From the NCBI RefSeq assembly GCF_001194135.2, contig NC_068982.1, forward strand, positions 160,895,561 through 160,959,560: a stretch of DNA of 64,000 bases, in the 5' to 3' direction. This document shows, one piece after another, positions 1-13,330 of this stretch. Position numbers and translations under genes: made by a program. Each line of letters starts with the position of its first letter. The first letter of the stretch is position 1. Under the pieces are notes generated by a model. That model searched no databases, had not been told where the DNA came from, and worked only from the letters and a program-made list of their open reading frames with translations. Source of the DNA: Octopus bimaculoides. Lineage: Eukaryota.

Positions 1-369
1 TCAAGCTACCACTTAAAGGGTAAAACGATTTCTTTCGAAGAGTGTGTGTTTCACTCACAACTAACAATAGCCATCATGACTCTGCAGTATTACTTTCAAC
101 CGACTGTTTTTCCGTTGTGTATTGGACAGCTTTGCCTTCCATAGTACGCATGTTTTATGTGGCCTGTGAATGTTGGTGGTATTTTAATAATGTGGGTGGA
201 CTTTTCTCTATGTATGCGTATATGGTATGTACTTATCATTAAATGTCAAAGGTAGACAGTTGATGTTCGGTTGCATATTAAATAAATTCTTTGGTGCTGC
301 AGCTAAGAACAATATATATACATTGGCTGGGTGCGTGCTACTACCAGTTTGTTTGAATTATGTTTCTAA

Positions 370-500
370 GTAGTTGAAGTACAAATACCGATGAGTATCT
401 AGGCTTACGTTATCTAACGTGACCTTTCTCTCTTTAAGACGATAAGGTGATTTGAGGGGAAAGTTGGTATCCATATTTCTTATACCAAATAACAGGTTTA
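370..500 (+). repeat. Decayed copy of an old interspersed repeat/SINE core (gatttgaggg...gctatttct family)
   Basis: taagacgataaggtgatttgaggggga resembles the rc of 38310-38370 and the copy at 44810-44860. Confidence 0.35.
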
Positions 501-1019
501 AGCAGTAGCTCACAAATCTTTATGCTCCACATTCCTGTTTCATTGATTTTCGTATCCCACCAAAAGTAATACCACACTTGAAAATAAATAGGTGAAATAT
601 CTCATTACCATCTTGTAAAAACTTAAACAGTAATTTCGATGAACAACTTGAGCTCAAAATACATAAGCTTTCGACTCACTGCATAAGAGGTAAATATAAA
701 TTGATCTATCAGAAAACTGATCAATCACAGTTGCTAACATAAAATTCAATGTCTTTTTTATTGCTGCTTCTTATTCATGACTTTATTGAAACCTAGAACT
801 TTTATGCTTGTTGCCATCCGCAGGTCTTCCTCTGGATTCAGGCGAATTTTACTTTGATTTACAAAAGATAGTTGACACCGTATTCACTAAAGCATTTCTT
901 TGCAATAAAAAAGCACAGTGTTTGGTCATAATCTCTTAAGGGTTAAAACTGAATATATAGAATATTAAAAGCGTTGGTGTGCTTAGAAAATTAAATTTAT
1001 TTCTAAGAATTAACAATTT

Positions 1020-1110
1020 TGTTCTGAAAAGCGATTTAAATACAATATTTACTTTCCCTTTGTCGCACACATCTGAAATGCCATCTCGCACCGCGGGCTG
1101 GGAACACCTG
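1020..1110 (+). mobile_element. Possible hAT/Charlie-type non-autonomous terminal fragment
   Basis: Ends ...cgcaccgcgggctgggaacacctg followed by the 8-mer gcttagag, resembling a Charlie TIR and target site; partner TIR not found. Confidence 0.3.
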
Positions 1111-1516
1111 GCTTAGAGGCTTCGTCGTTGTGACAGCAGTTATGTATATTTGCTGTAGGGCAATGGAAGGTTATCTACGATAACGTTGAAGAATGTTAAT
1201 GAGAAGAAGTGATTTGAAGATATATTAATGATGCCGCACTCAACAAATTCTTAATTGAATCTTCCTTTCTAGTTAGAGAAAGAAAACAAAAAACTAGCGG
1301 CAATTCTTTGCAACTCTCAAAGAAAAGGGGAGATAATTTCAAGAAATTAATCATCAACCATTAAATAATTAGTCAGCTAAATTTTAATGTTGTTATTATG
1401 TTTCTCTAACGGGGCAGATATAATATCAAATGCATTTCAATCATAATTTTATCGTAACTTTTTTCATACACATTTAGACGATTATATTAACTAAAGTGTC
1501 TTTGCTTTCTTGACAG

Positions 1517-1615
1517 AATAGGATGTAATTGGAGATCTTGTAACTATGAAAAGACGCTCACGCTGGTTGTTAATGTTTTGTATTGTCACTTAGAAAGATT
1601 TATAGGATTTTATAT
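1517..1615 (+). other. Candidate 99-nt exon (phase 2-2, IGCNWRSCNYEKTLTLVVNVLYCHLERFIGFY), unknown gene
   Basis: Acceptor tttgctttcttgacag, donor AT|gtgagt, one open frame; no homology recognised. Confidence 0.3.
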
Positions 1616-2671
1616 GTGAGTATGGAACTGATAAATATTCTAGGACTTTACTAGATTAAAGCGTCTTAGAGTTTTTCTTTGTTTTAGTTGTTTTTTTTGT
1701 TTTTTTAATTTTGTACCGTTAGAAGAAAAAGCGTCTATGTGGACACTGGCTTCCTGAAAATATCAGCAAAATGTCTCTCAAGCAATCGTGTACGCCTTAT
1801 AAAGGAGAAAATGAATTTTGTTAAGTTTTGTTGTTCCATTCTTTAAAACCAAATCAGTTTTGATGTAGTAGAATTTTGAATACAGATATTTCAACTGTAA
1901 GCCCCTCCGCCATTTTTATTTATTTATTTATTTATCTATTTATTTTTGCATTTAATGTACAGAAGATTACATTACATAACATGTCCTTCCTTTTTATTCA
2001 GATAGTATTGTGTAATGTAAAAGAGCTGGCTTCTGTTCCTAGCAGAGCAAGCACCTACGTAAATGTTCGCTCATTGACTTGTTCCTTTTTAATGGTTAAC
2101 ATTATGTCAGCCCTGATTAAGCAGAGCTTTCAAACTGACTTTTAGACATTTTCTCATATAGGTCTTGTAAAGATTGAAGGTGTGATATGAATTGCCACTT
2201 TTAAGGAAGAATTAGTTGTATTTCTTTATAAACTTGTCCAACATTATAGACAAGATAAAAAAGTTATATGGATGCAAATCATATTTTAACAAGGAAAAGT
2301 AGTAGGGAAACAAACTTCACTAATATTTATGGGAGGGTGTAATATGTTCATTTAAGAACCACAGCTTGCTTGCAATTCGCCGGCTATTCGAACAGGCCGA
2401 GTCACCTCACAGATAGTTCCTCATTAGTGCGTGTTGATTTTCTGTTACCATAGTTACTGTTGATGTTAATATTGATGGTGATGAGAGGGAAGAGAAGAAG
2501 AGCGGAAGAGAAAGAAAAAAGAAAAGATTGGAGAAAGGTATAGAATTCAATCCAACTCTGTAGGCTAAAACCTATTGACGCAGACTAGCCAATCGAAAGC
2601 TTCATTCGATTAGTATTTATCACTAGGAGTCATGTTATATTGAAGATATGCTACACTAAACCCCTCTTCAG

Positions 2672-2721
2672 TTATCCTAAAAGGTTGGTTTCCATCAACA
2701 CTATATTCTGCGAAAGAATTG
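2672..2721 (+). other. Candidate 50-nt exon
   Basis: Acceptor cccctcttcag, donor TTG|gtaagt; phase-2 frame open (YPKRLVSINTIFCERI) and compatible with 1517-1615. Confidence 0.22.
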
Positions 2722-3317
2722 GTAAGTGGGAAAAATGTTGCTTCTATTATACCAATCTTATTATGCATAAGTAAAGTTTAAAGCCTTCCAATTAAAAAGT
2801 TGCTCTTCTAAATTCTATAGAATACAGGAAAAAATGAAGCATTTTTTTATATGTTGATTATTCATGAATAGGTGGCCGTTATTTCATTCTTAACTGCTGG
2901 GAATTCATTTCCCAATGGTGGCAAACAGGGAAACATAACCTTTTCTGTTGAAGATGGTAGATCAATCAGAAGTGAGATTCATGCAAACAAACTGAGCGAA
3001 CCAAAGAAAGGCAACAAAAACACAATCTACAATGTTTCTTACATTATAATGAAAAGGAAAAAATAACACAAAGAAAAAAAAATTATCTCAATAAATATGC
3101 TGAAACCTAGAAACGATTGAATGAAGTTATCAACAAAATAATAATAGCTTAAAAAAATAGAAATAGCAAAGAAAACTGTGGTGAAAAGAACTACGAATCA
3201 CGTCATAGTTGAATAAGCATGCATGTGATACATATATACATATATGCATGAATTTATACATACATATGTATTCAACATGCACACATACATATGCACATAT
3301 ACACACACATACACACA

Positions 3318-3356
<39 letters not shown>

Positions 3357-4205
3357 GATCCACATACATAAAAAAGAATGAGATAGACATTGATTCAAAA
3401 GATTTTACTTTAACAGGAAATTGGATCACGGTAATTTTCTTTAATTTTTATGATGTGTTTTTTTACTTCCTTGCACTCAATAAATCGTTATGTGTGTATT
3501 TGTACTTTATACATACACATACACACAAACACGCACACACACACACATATATATATTATATATATGCACACACATATATATATACATATATATTATATAC
3601 ATATATATTAGGGAGAGAGAGAGACGTCACATACCATATCATATATCATATATACAGATATATATGTATATACATGCATATACATGCATAGAAAGAAAGA
3701 AATAACAAGAAAGGGGAGATGCCTTAATAGTATACATTTTATTTATATTTTCCTGGTTTGTTTTTTGGTGGGGAATACACAAATTTATATGTTTATATTA
3801 CTTCTTAATTTTATATATATTTTTTGCATTTATATTTGTTCTTTTGCTTGTTTGTTTTTTAGTGGACTGTATTCTTATGATGTTGATGTTTTCACTCATT
3901 TTATTCATTTCGTCTCTGAAATTATTCTCTGTCTAAATCACATGTAACATGTAATAGTAAATCGATTTACAATAGACAAAACATAAAAAAAGTAATATGG
4001 ATTGCAAAATACAATAAAGAAAGAAAATAGAACTACAATCAAATGAATTGTATATTATTACTGTTTATTTTGTCCAGACAATAGCATCTAATTTATTCCA
4101 TATATACAAGAGGCTAGCGAGGGGAGAAGGATGTGTTTTTAAAAAATAACGTATGTTTTATATCGCTGCAATTTTGATATCTATGTATTGGTGTGTGTAT
4201 GTAAT

Positions 4206-4293
<88 letters not shown>

Positions 4294-5779
4294 CATATAC
4301 ACACACACACACATATATATATATGTATATATGTATATATATATATATAATGTATGTACCTATGTATGAATGTAAATATGGCCGAATAGTTAAGATCTTG
4401 CTCTCATGAGATTCAAGATTCGATTCCCTTACGTAAGAAAGTGTCTCTTTATAAAAATATATTCCTCCAAATTTGTTACGGAAATAAGTTACCCAGAAAC
4501 TGCGTAGAAGACAGTCAGATGGGTTTTATATGCATTTCAAAGGATCAACTGTCATACACGAATTCTTACTATCATTTATATTACAGGTACCGGAGACTGT
4601 AGAATATTCAGTTACTTATAGAATGAGTTGATAGTTCAACTGATTGTATTGCTCGCTTTGTAATAATTGTTCAAAGCTTACTGATGACGCATATCTATGA
4701 AGAAAGGACCTGTACAAAGATAAAATACATAATTACATTCACATGCACCCACACACACATACTTGTGTGTGTGTTAGTGTGTGTGTGTATTAACTATTTT
4801 TAATAGGTCAGAGTCATAAAGTGACCTAAGAGTCGCATAGCACTTATCAAGTAAGAATAAATCAGATTGGTAAGTACCAGGAATTAAAATTTCCATCAGT
4901 GAAATTACCGCTGATTAAAAACAATTTATAATATGTATACTCCAATAGTGAGTTCTATTTATCCTGTTTGTTCTACAAAAACTATATATATTTATATATA
5001 TCTTTTAAATTCGTTTATAGAACTCTAGGCGTATGCAAATAAAGCTCCTATTTCATTATGCCGACTTCCGTCTAATGATACTGACTAGTAAGTCAGTTTT
5101 TCGGTGTTGCATCATGGTTATACAAGCCGTTTTTCGGAATTACATCAGGTGTATATGTGTGTGTGTGTGCGTCATATTTCAACTGCTAAAAGGTGAACAC
5201 ACTGCAGTTACGTGGAGAAAATATTTCTTTTATGCTAAAGAGGTGTGAAAACACTCGGTTTGTTCAGGAATCACAGACACGATGTTTCAAGCTTCTTGGC
5301 TCTTGTCAATTAGATGTACCCAAGAGAGGCAACTCTGAACAAACTTATAAAGCCAGAGCTTTATTTATAATTCAGTCAAAAACGTTGACTGATTTGCGCT
5401 AGTAGAAAATAACGAAGAAAATAACGAAATGTTAGCGCTATGCAGTGTTTAGACATAAACAGAATTTAGGTTAGTTGAAAAACGTTTATGACGTAAGAGA
5501 GATATATTCCCCACGGTAACTGCAGTGTATTTGCTTTCAGCAGTTGAAATAAGTCAGACTTTAATAGTGGCAAACTTCAATAGTGGCAACACCTTGGTTA
5601 AAGCTGCAAGGAGATGTTTTTAATCTGAATGATATCTGGATACAAATAAAAAAAGAACAGGATACAAATGAAAATCACATTGCGAGAGATCCATGCAGCA
5701 GAAACATATGTCGGACAAAACTTTAAATTAAATATCCTGTATAAATGACTATAATAATAAACCTTATTTAGTAGAATTG

Positions 5780-5953
<174 letters not shown>

Positions 5954-6089
5954 CATTAAAAGTTAAGAGATATGAATGATGAAAATATTTATTTCACCAG
6001 TTAATATCCGCCGGCTGAAGGCCATTTCGCAGCTTCATCGTGTAATAATGAATTTTATCTTAATGTATGATAAGTCATTTTACATGGCT

Positions 6090-6677
6090 GCTCTAAAATG
6101 CATGCTATATATTGCATAGTACTATTGTACATTTACAAATCAATGCAGATATGATATGGTGGCTCTTCAGATCAACAGAACTTCCTGGTTACATCAAGTT
6201 TTCAATGTTGCTAAATACATTCTTCATATATAGAATGTATGGAAGACCAATGGTTGATAAAATTTACCACATAGAGGAAGAAAAAAAGATTTAGTAAGAT
6301 GTTAAAAAGGAAATGACGAGTTGTAATGATGGAGGTGAAGATAAGAGAGAAAGAGATAGAAGGGGCAGGTAGATTTTCGTTAATAAGATTGAGGGAATAA
6401 TAATAGAGGGAGAAAAGAGTGAAATTTATAAGAATGAGAGAAAGGTATAGAGATACTATGCTTATGAAATATAGAGTAACGTCAACAAGAGAGAGAATAG
6501 AGTGAAAGTTATAAATAATGAAAAGAGGGGGTAAAATCGTGTGATAGATTTAAAACATTTAATTTAATATGGTAGATCGAAGGATTAACAGAAGAAAAAT
6601 AGATGAAATTATTTTGAGAGTTTATCAAATAAATATCTATATATATAAAAATGAGAATATGTGTGTGTGTGTGTGTG

Positions 6678-6708
<31 letters not shown>

Positions 6709-8160
6709 GTGAATCCCTAAAACTCGAGAACTACGCAACCAATTTCATTCAAATTTTACACATGCCTTACTTAGGGTTCCAGTTGTGTTTTAGTCAAAAA
6801 AAAATTTTAACTTCTTCCAGAGTTCGAGCCCACAGCAACATAATATCTCCTCCACTATTTAAGTATTACGTGTCAAAAGTGAAACAAAAACACTCATGTC
6901 AAATACTTTCACTTTAAAAATGAAACTATTCTACTAACTGAAACAATTACATTTCGATACTGTAATGACAGNNNNNNNNNNNNNNNNNNNNNNNNNNNNN
7001 NNNNNNNNNNNNNNNNNNNNNNNNNNNNNNNNNNNNNNNNNNNNNNNNNNNNNNNNNNNNNNNNNNNNNNNNNNNNNNNNNNNNNNNNNNNNNNNNNNNN
7101 NNNNNNNNNNNNNNNNNNNNNNNNNNNNNNNNNNNNNNNNNNNNNNNNNNNNNNNNNNNNNNNNNNNNNNNNNNNNNNNNNNNNNNNNNNNNNNNNNNNN
7201 NNNNNNNNNNNNNNNNNNNNNNNNNNNNNNNNNNNNNNNNNNNNNNNNNNNNNNNNNNNNNNNNNNNNNNNNNNNNNNNNNNNNNNNNNNNNNNNNNNNN
7301 NNNNNNNNNNNNNNNNNNNNNNNNNNNNNNNNNNNNNNNNNNNNNNNNNNNNNNNNNNNNNNNNNNNNNNNNNNNNNNNNNNNNNNNNNNNNNNNNNNNN
7401 NNNNNNNNNNNNNNNNNNNNNNNNNNNNNNNNNNNNNNNNNNNNNNNNNNNNNNNNNNNNNNNNNNNNNNNNNNNNNNNNNNNNNNNNNNNNNNNNNNNN
7501 NNNNNNNNNNNNNNNNNNNNNNNNNNNNNNNNNNNNNNNNNNNNNNNNNNNNNNNNNNNNNNNNNNNNNNNNNNNNNNNNNNNNNNNNNNNNNNNNNNNN
7601 NNNNNNNNNNNNNNNNNNNNNNNNNNNNNNNNNNNNNNNNNNNNNNNNNNNNNNNNNNNNNNNNNNNNNNNNNNNNNNNNNNNNNNNNNNNNNNNNNNNN
7701 NNNNNNNNNNNNNNNNNNNNNNNNNNNNNNNNNNNNNNNNNNNNNNNNNNNNNNNNNNNNNNNNNNNNNNNNNNNNNNNNNNNNNNNNNNNNNNNNNNNN
7801 NNNNNNNNNNNNNNNNNNNNNNNNNNNNNNNNNNNNNNNNNNNNNNNNNNNNNNNNNNNNNNNNNNNNNNNNNNNNNNNNNNNNNNNNNNNNNNNNNNNN
7901 NNNNNNNNNNNNNNNNNNNNNNNNNNNNNNNNACTAACAGTTGAGGGTTGCGTAGTCTAGACGGCGTTTTTAGATTTCATTATTTTCTTTAACCCGGGCA
8001 AAGCCGGGTATTTCTGCTAGTAAGCAATAAACATAAGCAAAAGGATAAGATTGCTGGAGATATAAAAATAAACTAAGCGTTAGTTTAGAACAATGGTTAG
8101 TACCAAACAGGGTTAAAGTTTCCAAATAAACTATATTGAAAAGTCAACACGAATATCAAG
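6090..8160 (+). repeat. Unclassified interspersed repeat, copy A (interrupted by the Helitron at 6636-8020)
   Basis: 6090-6635 and 8060-8160 align with the reverse complement of 12830-12401 and 11490-11100. Confidence 0.75.
6636..8020 (+). mobile_element. Non-autonomous Helitron (spans an assembly gap)
   Basis: A|TC 5' end at 6636, subterminal (TG)n/(TCTG)n, 3' hairpin acccgg-gcaaag-ccgggt (7992-8009), terminal CTAG|T at 8017-8021; the host repeat resumes on the other side. Confidence 0.8.
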
Positions 8161-8568
8161 AGGGTAAACAACTATAATCTTTAACATCCTCGGGAAATAA
8201 AACAATGAAATAAGACCATGCAAAAGGACAGACAATCATATCTACGTAGCTGTACGTTGAAGCACTCATTAATCTACATATATGCTATACAAAGATGAAA
8301 CTTAAGTACAAACTCAACTCAAAACTAATGTATATTATTATAAATACATATATAATTAAAATATACCGAAATCACGTACGTAAACAGAATATAGAAGAAT
8401 CAGAATATGCACGATTACCTGCCGCTGGCGATAACTATGATATGCGTTTATGCATCAGTTAACCACATGAGAATCTTCTCTACTTGTAAATATTGCAGTA
8501 TCTGTGTGTTCTAACGCAACATTTTGCCTTTAATTATTAATACTGCCTCTGTCACTGTATTTACATAC

Positions 8569-8615
<47 letters not shown>

Positions 8616-9679
8616 ACATATATATATATATNNNNNNNNNNNNNNNNNNNNNNNNNNNNNNNNNNNNNNNNNNNNNNNNNNNNNNNNNNNNNNNNNNNNN
8701 NNNNNNNNNNNNNNNNNNNNNNNNNNNNNNNNNNNNNNNNNNNNNNNNNNNNNNNNNNNNNNNNNNNNNNNNNNNNNNNNNNNNNNNNNNNNNNNNNNNN
8801 NNNNNNNNNNNNNNNNNNNNNNNNNNNNNNNNNNNNNNNNNNNNNNNNNNNNNNNNNNNNNNNNNNNNNNNNNNNNNNNNNNNNNNNNNNNNNNNNNNNN
8901 NNNNNNNNNNNNNNNNNNNNNNNNNNNNNNNNNNNNNNNNNNNNNNNNNNNNNNNNNNNNNNNNNNNNNNNNNNNNNNNNNNNNNNNNNNNNNNNNNNNN
9001 NNNNNNNNNNNNNNNNNNNNNNNNNNNNNNNNNNNNNNNNNNNNNNNNNNNNNNNNNNNNNNNNNNNNNNNNNNNNNNNNNNNNNNNNNNNNNNNNNNNN
9101 NNNNNNNNNNNNNNNNNNNNNNNNNNNNNNNNNNNNNNNNNNNNNNNNNNNNNNNNNNNNNNNNNNNNNNNNNNNNNNNNNNNNNNNNNNNNNNNNNNNN
9201 NNNNNNNNNNNNNNNNNNNNNNNNNNNNNNNNNNNNNNNNNNNNNNNNNNNNNNNNNNNNNNNNNNNNNNNNNNNNNNNNNNNNNNNNNNNNNNNNNNNN
9301 NNNNNNNNNNNNNNNNNNNNNNNNNNNNNNNNNNNNNNNNNNNNNNNNNNNNNNNNNNNNNNNNNNNNNNNNNNNNNNNNNNNNNNNNNNNNNNNNNNNN
9401 NNNNNNNNNNNNNNNNNNNNNNNNNNNNNNNNNNNNNNNNNNNNNNNNNNNNNNNNNNNNNNNNNNNNNNNNNNNNNNNNNNNNNNNNNNNNNNNNNNNN
9501 NNNNNNNNNNNNNNNNNNNNNNGTATATATGTATATATATAGTTTTTTCTTTCGAAAAAGTTTTTTTTTACACAATTGCTAGAAAGTGCTCTGGTCGAAC
9601 CCGAGACGCAAGACACTATATAACTTGGTTTAAGAAGAGACAAAATTTATAATCATCCTATAGTTATGATCTACATCAA

Positions 9680-10432
9680 CAACAATAAATACACCAAGAC
9701 AAGGAACATATCAATATATTATTTAGAATAGAAATAAGATATACATGAGAAAAAAATATACGTAAAAAAGATAATAAAGAATGATACATCGATTAAAAAT
9801 CATGTTAAATTTTAGATTAAGAATGTTGAATAATAATTAAAATTTGTAAGATACATCGACGGCAGTGAGAAATTGTAATGATGGAATTAAATATGACAGA
9901 AATGATTAGGATAAATGTATTTTAAGAGTTCTAAAAATTGATTATAGAGGGTTATAACACCCTTATAATGCTATAATGAACAAATGTACTTTATGCATTA
10001 GGGAATCGTACATTATCCTTAAATCATACAATTCGGACACATTAAATAAATTCTCTGGTACCATTCATTCATGTACTCATATATTTCACTCATCCTTCAT
10101 GGAGCTTCATAAGACGCAATATAGGGAATGACGTATTTACCAGCCCTGTTTCTTCTATTTAATTATTCATTACCCAGAATTTTTTTAAAAAGTCTTTTTT
10201 CCATCATGTCTAACCCCCCGCCCCCAAATGTTTTTCGGTCTCCCATCATCCTACACTAAAAAATTATTTAGATATATGAGCGTGAATCATTGTAAAAGTG
10301 GTCGATAACTGATACAGTAGCCGACAACCAACATAATGTAACCTTAAATTTTCCTTTCTCATATATTTCTTTGAACCTTGTTATCTATTTCCTTATTTCC
10401 TGAAGAAGGGGACATTGTCAGTGTGAAACTAA
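9680..10432 (+). mobile_element. Decayed Penelope-like element 3' part (C-terminus of GIY-YIG region, 3' UTR, degenerate hammerhead)
   Basis: From 9961: PYNAIMNKCTLCIRESYIILKSYNSDTLNKFSGTIHSCTH, matching the PLE C-terminal pattern KCxLCxxE...LN...CxH; CTGAAGA at 10400 and GAAAC at 10425. Confidence 0.65.
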
Positions 10433-10900
10433 AGGATTCATTAAAGGGACACATTAATTTTTTACGACTGTTACATAGAGTGGAATAATCTGGATTATTA
10501 TCAGGTATAATAGGTTCAGCTTCACTTTTATCAATAGTATTGCTATTGGAATTCTGAACATCGGTATATTGACTTTAATGTAAAAGATATACTAGGATTG
10601 CTCAGGGCGCTAGAAATTGCTATATTGAATGTACTGGCGTTAGTTGTATTCTTTTGAGCCGTACTGTTTAAGTTACTACAGTTAAATATGACTAGATATT
10701 CAGCAATATTGGGCATGACAGAGTATGCTAATTTAGTTGTGTGTCTATCGAAAATTTTGTTATACGGATTAGATTTAAGGAAATTTTTATCTATAGCCTG
10801 AAAAAAATTCTAGCTACATCACTACAAAATTTAGACTGAATATTCTTATGTAAATTATTCTTGCTTTTATTCGGATTATACGCAATAGTGTTTAAAGTAG
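10433..10900 (-). mobile_element. Decayed Penelope-like element, RT-to-endonuclease linker (inverted relative to 9680-10432)
   Basis: Minus strand reads KIFDRHTTKLAYSVMPNI and LCNSRKKLMCPF, like the PLE motifs KIFNRNTVKVSYSCMPN and CNCRxKxxCP. Confidence 0.65.
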
Positions 10901-11099
10901 TTTGGTTGCAATGATAGTTCATCATATTATTTGAATTAAATATCTGACTATTGTATTTATTGTGCATGTTATTGTTATTCTTATTACTTTATTTTATGAA
11001 TACAGATGCGCCTGCAATTCAATGCGCTTAAATAGTTATACTCCTTCTATCAATATGGGAGTGCACTAATACAGTAGTCTATAAATAGGTTAGGTGCGT

Positions 11100-12479
11100 G
11101 TGTGTATATTTTTTATTCTTTGTTGATTCTCAATAGAGTTTATTTGGACACCTGCATAAATAGGCCATTTCAACTTCAAGACTATTTGAAACTAACCATT
11201 GTTCTGAACTAACCCTTAGTTTATTTTTATATATATGTACTTTATATACTCTCAAGATAATTTCATCTGACTATTTTTCTTCTGATATTCCTTTACTGTC
11301 TTTTGTTTACATTAACAAGTTCACTAAACTTCGATCTACCACATTAATTCAAATGTTTTTACTCTATCTACCTCTGTTTCAATATTTACAACTTTCACTC
11401 TGTTCTCTCTCTTGTTGATATTACTCTCTGTATTTCAAAAACACAATATTTCCATACCTTTCTCTCATTCTTATAAATTTTACTCTTTTTACCTTCGCCA
11501 AGAAAGGAGGTTATGTTTTCATTGGCGTTGGTTTGTCCGTCTGTCTGTCTGCAAAATAACTCAAAAAGTTGTGACCGGTATTTTAATGAAACTTGCAAGT
11601 AAAGTTGGTAATGACACAAGGAACAGATGATGAAATTTTGGTAGTGATCCGGGAATTTTTATGGACTATTGAAGGATTTTTCTTTTGCTATATTTACTTT
11701 ACATGAAGTATTACAATGTTACGTTCTTTGATTATCTCCCTTGAAAACACATCGTTTCCACGTAACCTATGGTGGTGTTGTTGTTTAGAGACAGTGTTGN
11801 NNNNNNNNNCCCTTGAAAACACATCGTTTCCACGTAACCTATGGTGGTGTTGTTGTTTAGAGACAGTGTTGATGATGATGATGGTCGAGATAAGTATGGG
11901 AGGAGGATAAAATAGTATCGGCGGTTATAATGGTGACAGGAGCAGTGTGATGTGTGATGGTGGTAATAATGGTGTTGATGATAATGTTAGTTGTGTGATG
12001 GTGGTATTGCAGTGGTTATACTGGTTGTGGTGGTGAAAGTGACTGTCAAGGTAACCGTCATGATAACATTGATAGCGGTGTATGTGGTCGAAGTGGAAGC
12101 AATGACAATGTTGCTGATGATGTTGATAGTTGTGAACTGCTTCAGATGATTCTTGTTTTTAAAGGGGTTTTTTTTTCTTAAAATCATATGGCTGTGTCAT
12201 TTTATTTTTCTTTTGCTCNNNNNNNNNNTTTTTCTTAAAATCATATGGCTGTGTCATTTTATTTTTCTTTTGCTCCTGCCAAGGAGGTTATGTTTTTGCC
12301 GGCGTTGGTTTGGGAAATTGGGCGATTTTCATCATGCATGCATATGGGTGGGAATGAGATGCTTGGTGGAGGTCTGCGCTCTCCGAGTGCTTTTTTAGTT
12401 TTCCATCTACTATTATTGTCTCTATCTTATTAATGAAAATCTATCTGCTCCTTTCTCTCTCTCTCTCACTATTTCTCTC

Positions 12480-12554
<75 letters not shown>

Positions 12555-12830
12555 CTCTAATACTCTCTATTATCTTCACCACAACTCATCATTTCCTTTT
12601 TAATATCTAACTCTCTTTTCCTCTTCTTTGTAGTAAATTTAGTCTTCCGTACATTAGTCTTCCATACATTTTGTATATGAAGATGATTTTTGTATGAATT
12701 TAGCAAACTTGATGTAACCAGGAAATTCTGTTGATTTGAAGAGCTAGCCTACCTTATGTGCATTGATTTGTAAATGAACAATAGTACTATGTAATATATA
12801 ACATGCATTTTAGTGCAGACATGTAAAATA
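11100..12830 (-). repeat. Unclassified interspersed repeat, copy B (interrupted by a HINE and (CT)n)
   Basis: Reverse complement aligns to copy A at 6090-6635 and 8060-8160. Confidence 0.75.
11489..12400 (+). mobile_element. Helentron-associated non-autonomous element (HINE/DINE-1/pearl-like)
   Basis: 5' subTIR ccttcgccaag (11492-11502) then ggaggttatgtttt and (GTCT)n; 3' subTIR cttggtggagg (12362-12372); 3' stem-loop gcgctc-tcc-gagtgc; inserted in a T run, and copy A of the host repeat shows the empty site. Confidence 0.8.
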
Positions 12831-12869
12831 ATTTTATACACTAAAATATTTGGAGCTGATAACAGATAA

Positions 12870-13330
12870 AGTTGCTGATATATATAAGGAAGAGTGTGAG
12901 AACAAACGTTGACGCTGTGCAGCAAGGATGTTCCTAGAGTGTGTGCCAGAGACAGCTTCATCAACAAACGCCGTTACAGTGCTACCGATCAAAATAACGT
13001 GGATGTTATCAAAACTCATGCGCCAGGCATGATAAAGAGGTTTGATGATGTTGGGTGCAACAATGCTGTTTTAGTTTATAATTCTCGTGATATTGGAAAT
13101 TATTTCGACAGGCCTATCTTTGGCGGCGTAAAATGTTACTATGTTTTTATACCATTGTGGGATGGCAGAATCGGTACCTCAAACTCATACCTCCGTCTTA
13201 TATGCGTCCTATAACTACCAGATGTACTTTGACTATCTTCAATGCCAAAGAAATTAGGACCAATGTATTCTGCTCGATATACACCAGTTAAAAGCATTTG
13301 AAGAAGGCGCAGTACTGAGGTTCCAGTTTC
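12870..13330 (+). pseudogene. Possible decayed DDE-transposase-like fragment
   Basis: KRRYSATD...NNAVLVY...NYFDRPIFGGVKCYYVF loosely recalls the C-terminal part of Sola-like transposases; weak. Confidence 0.22.

Noticed and set aside
6965-9643. Long ORFs of 330-360 aa, and similar ones at 27.4, 40.5, 52, 53.3 and 57.3 kb
   Set aside because: They consist of N gaps (X residues) and microsatellites
11738-12275. Apparent direct repeats (11738-11799 vs 11810-11870; about 12170-12218 vs 12229-12275)
   Set aside because: Each pair flanks a ~10-N gap exactly, typical of unmerged contig overlaps
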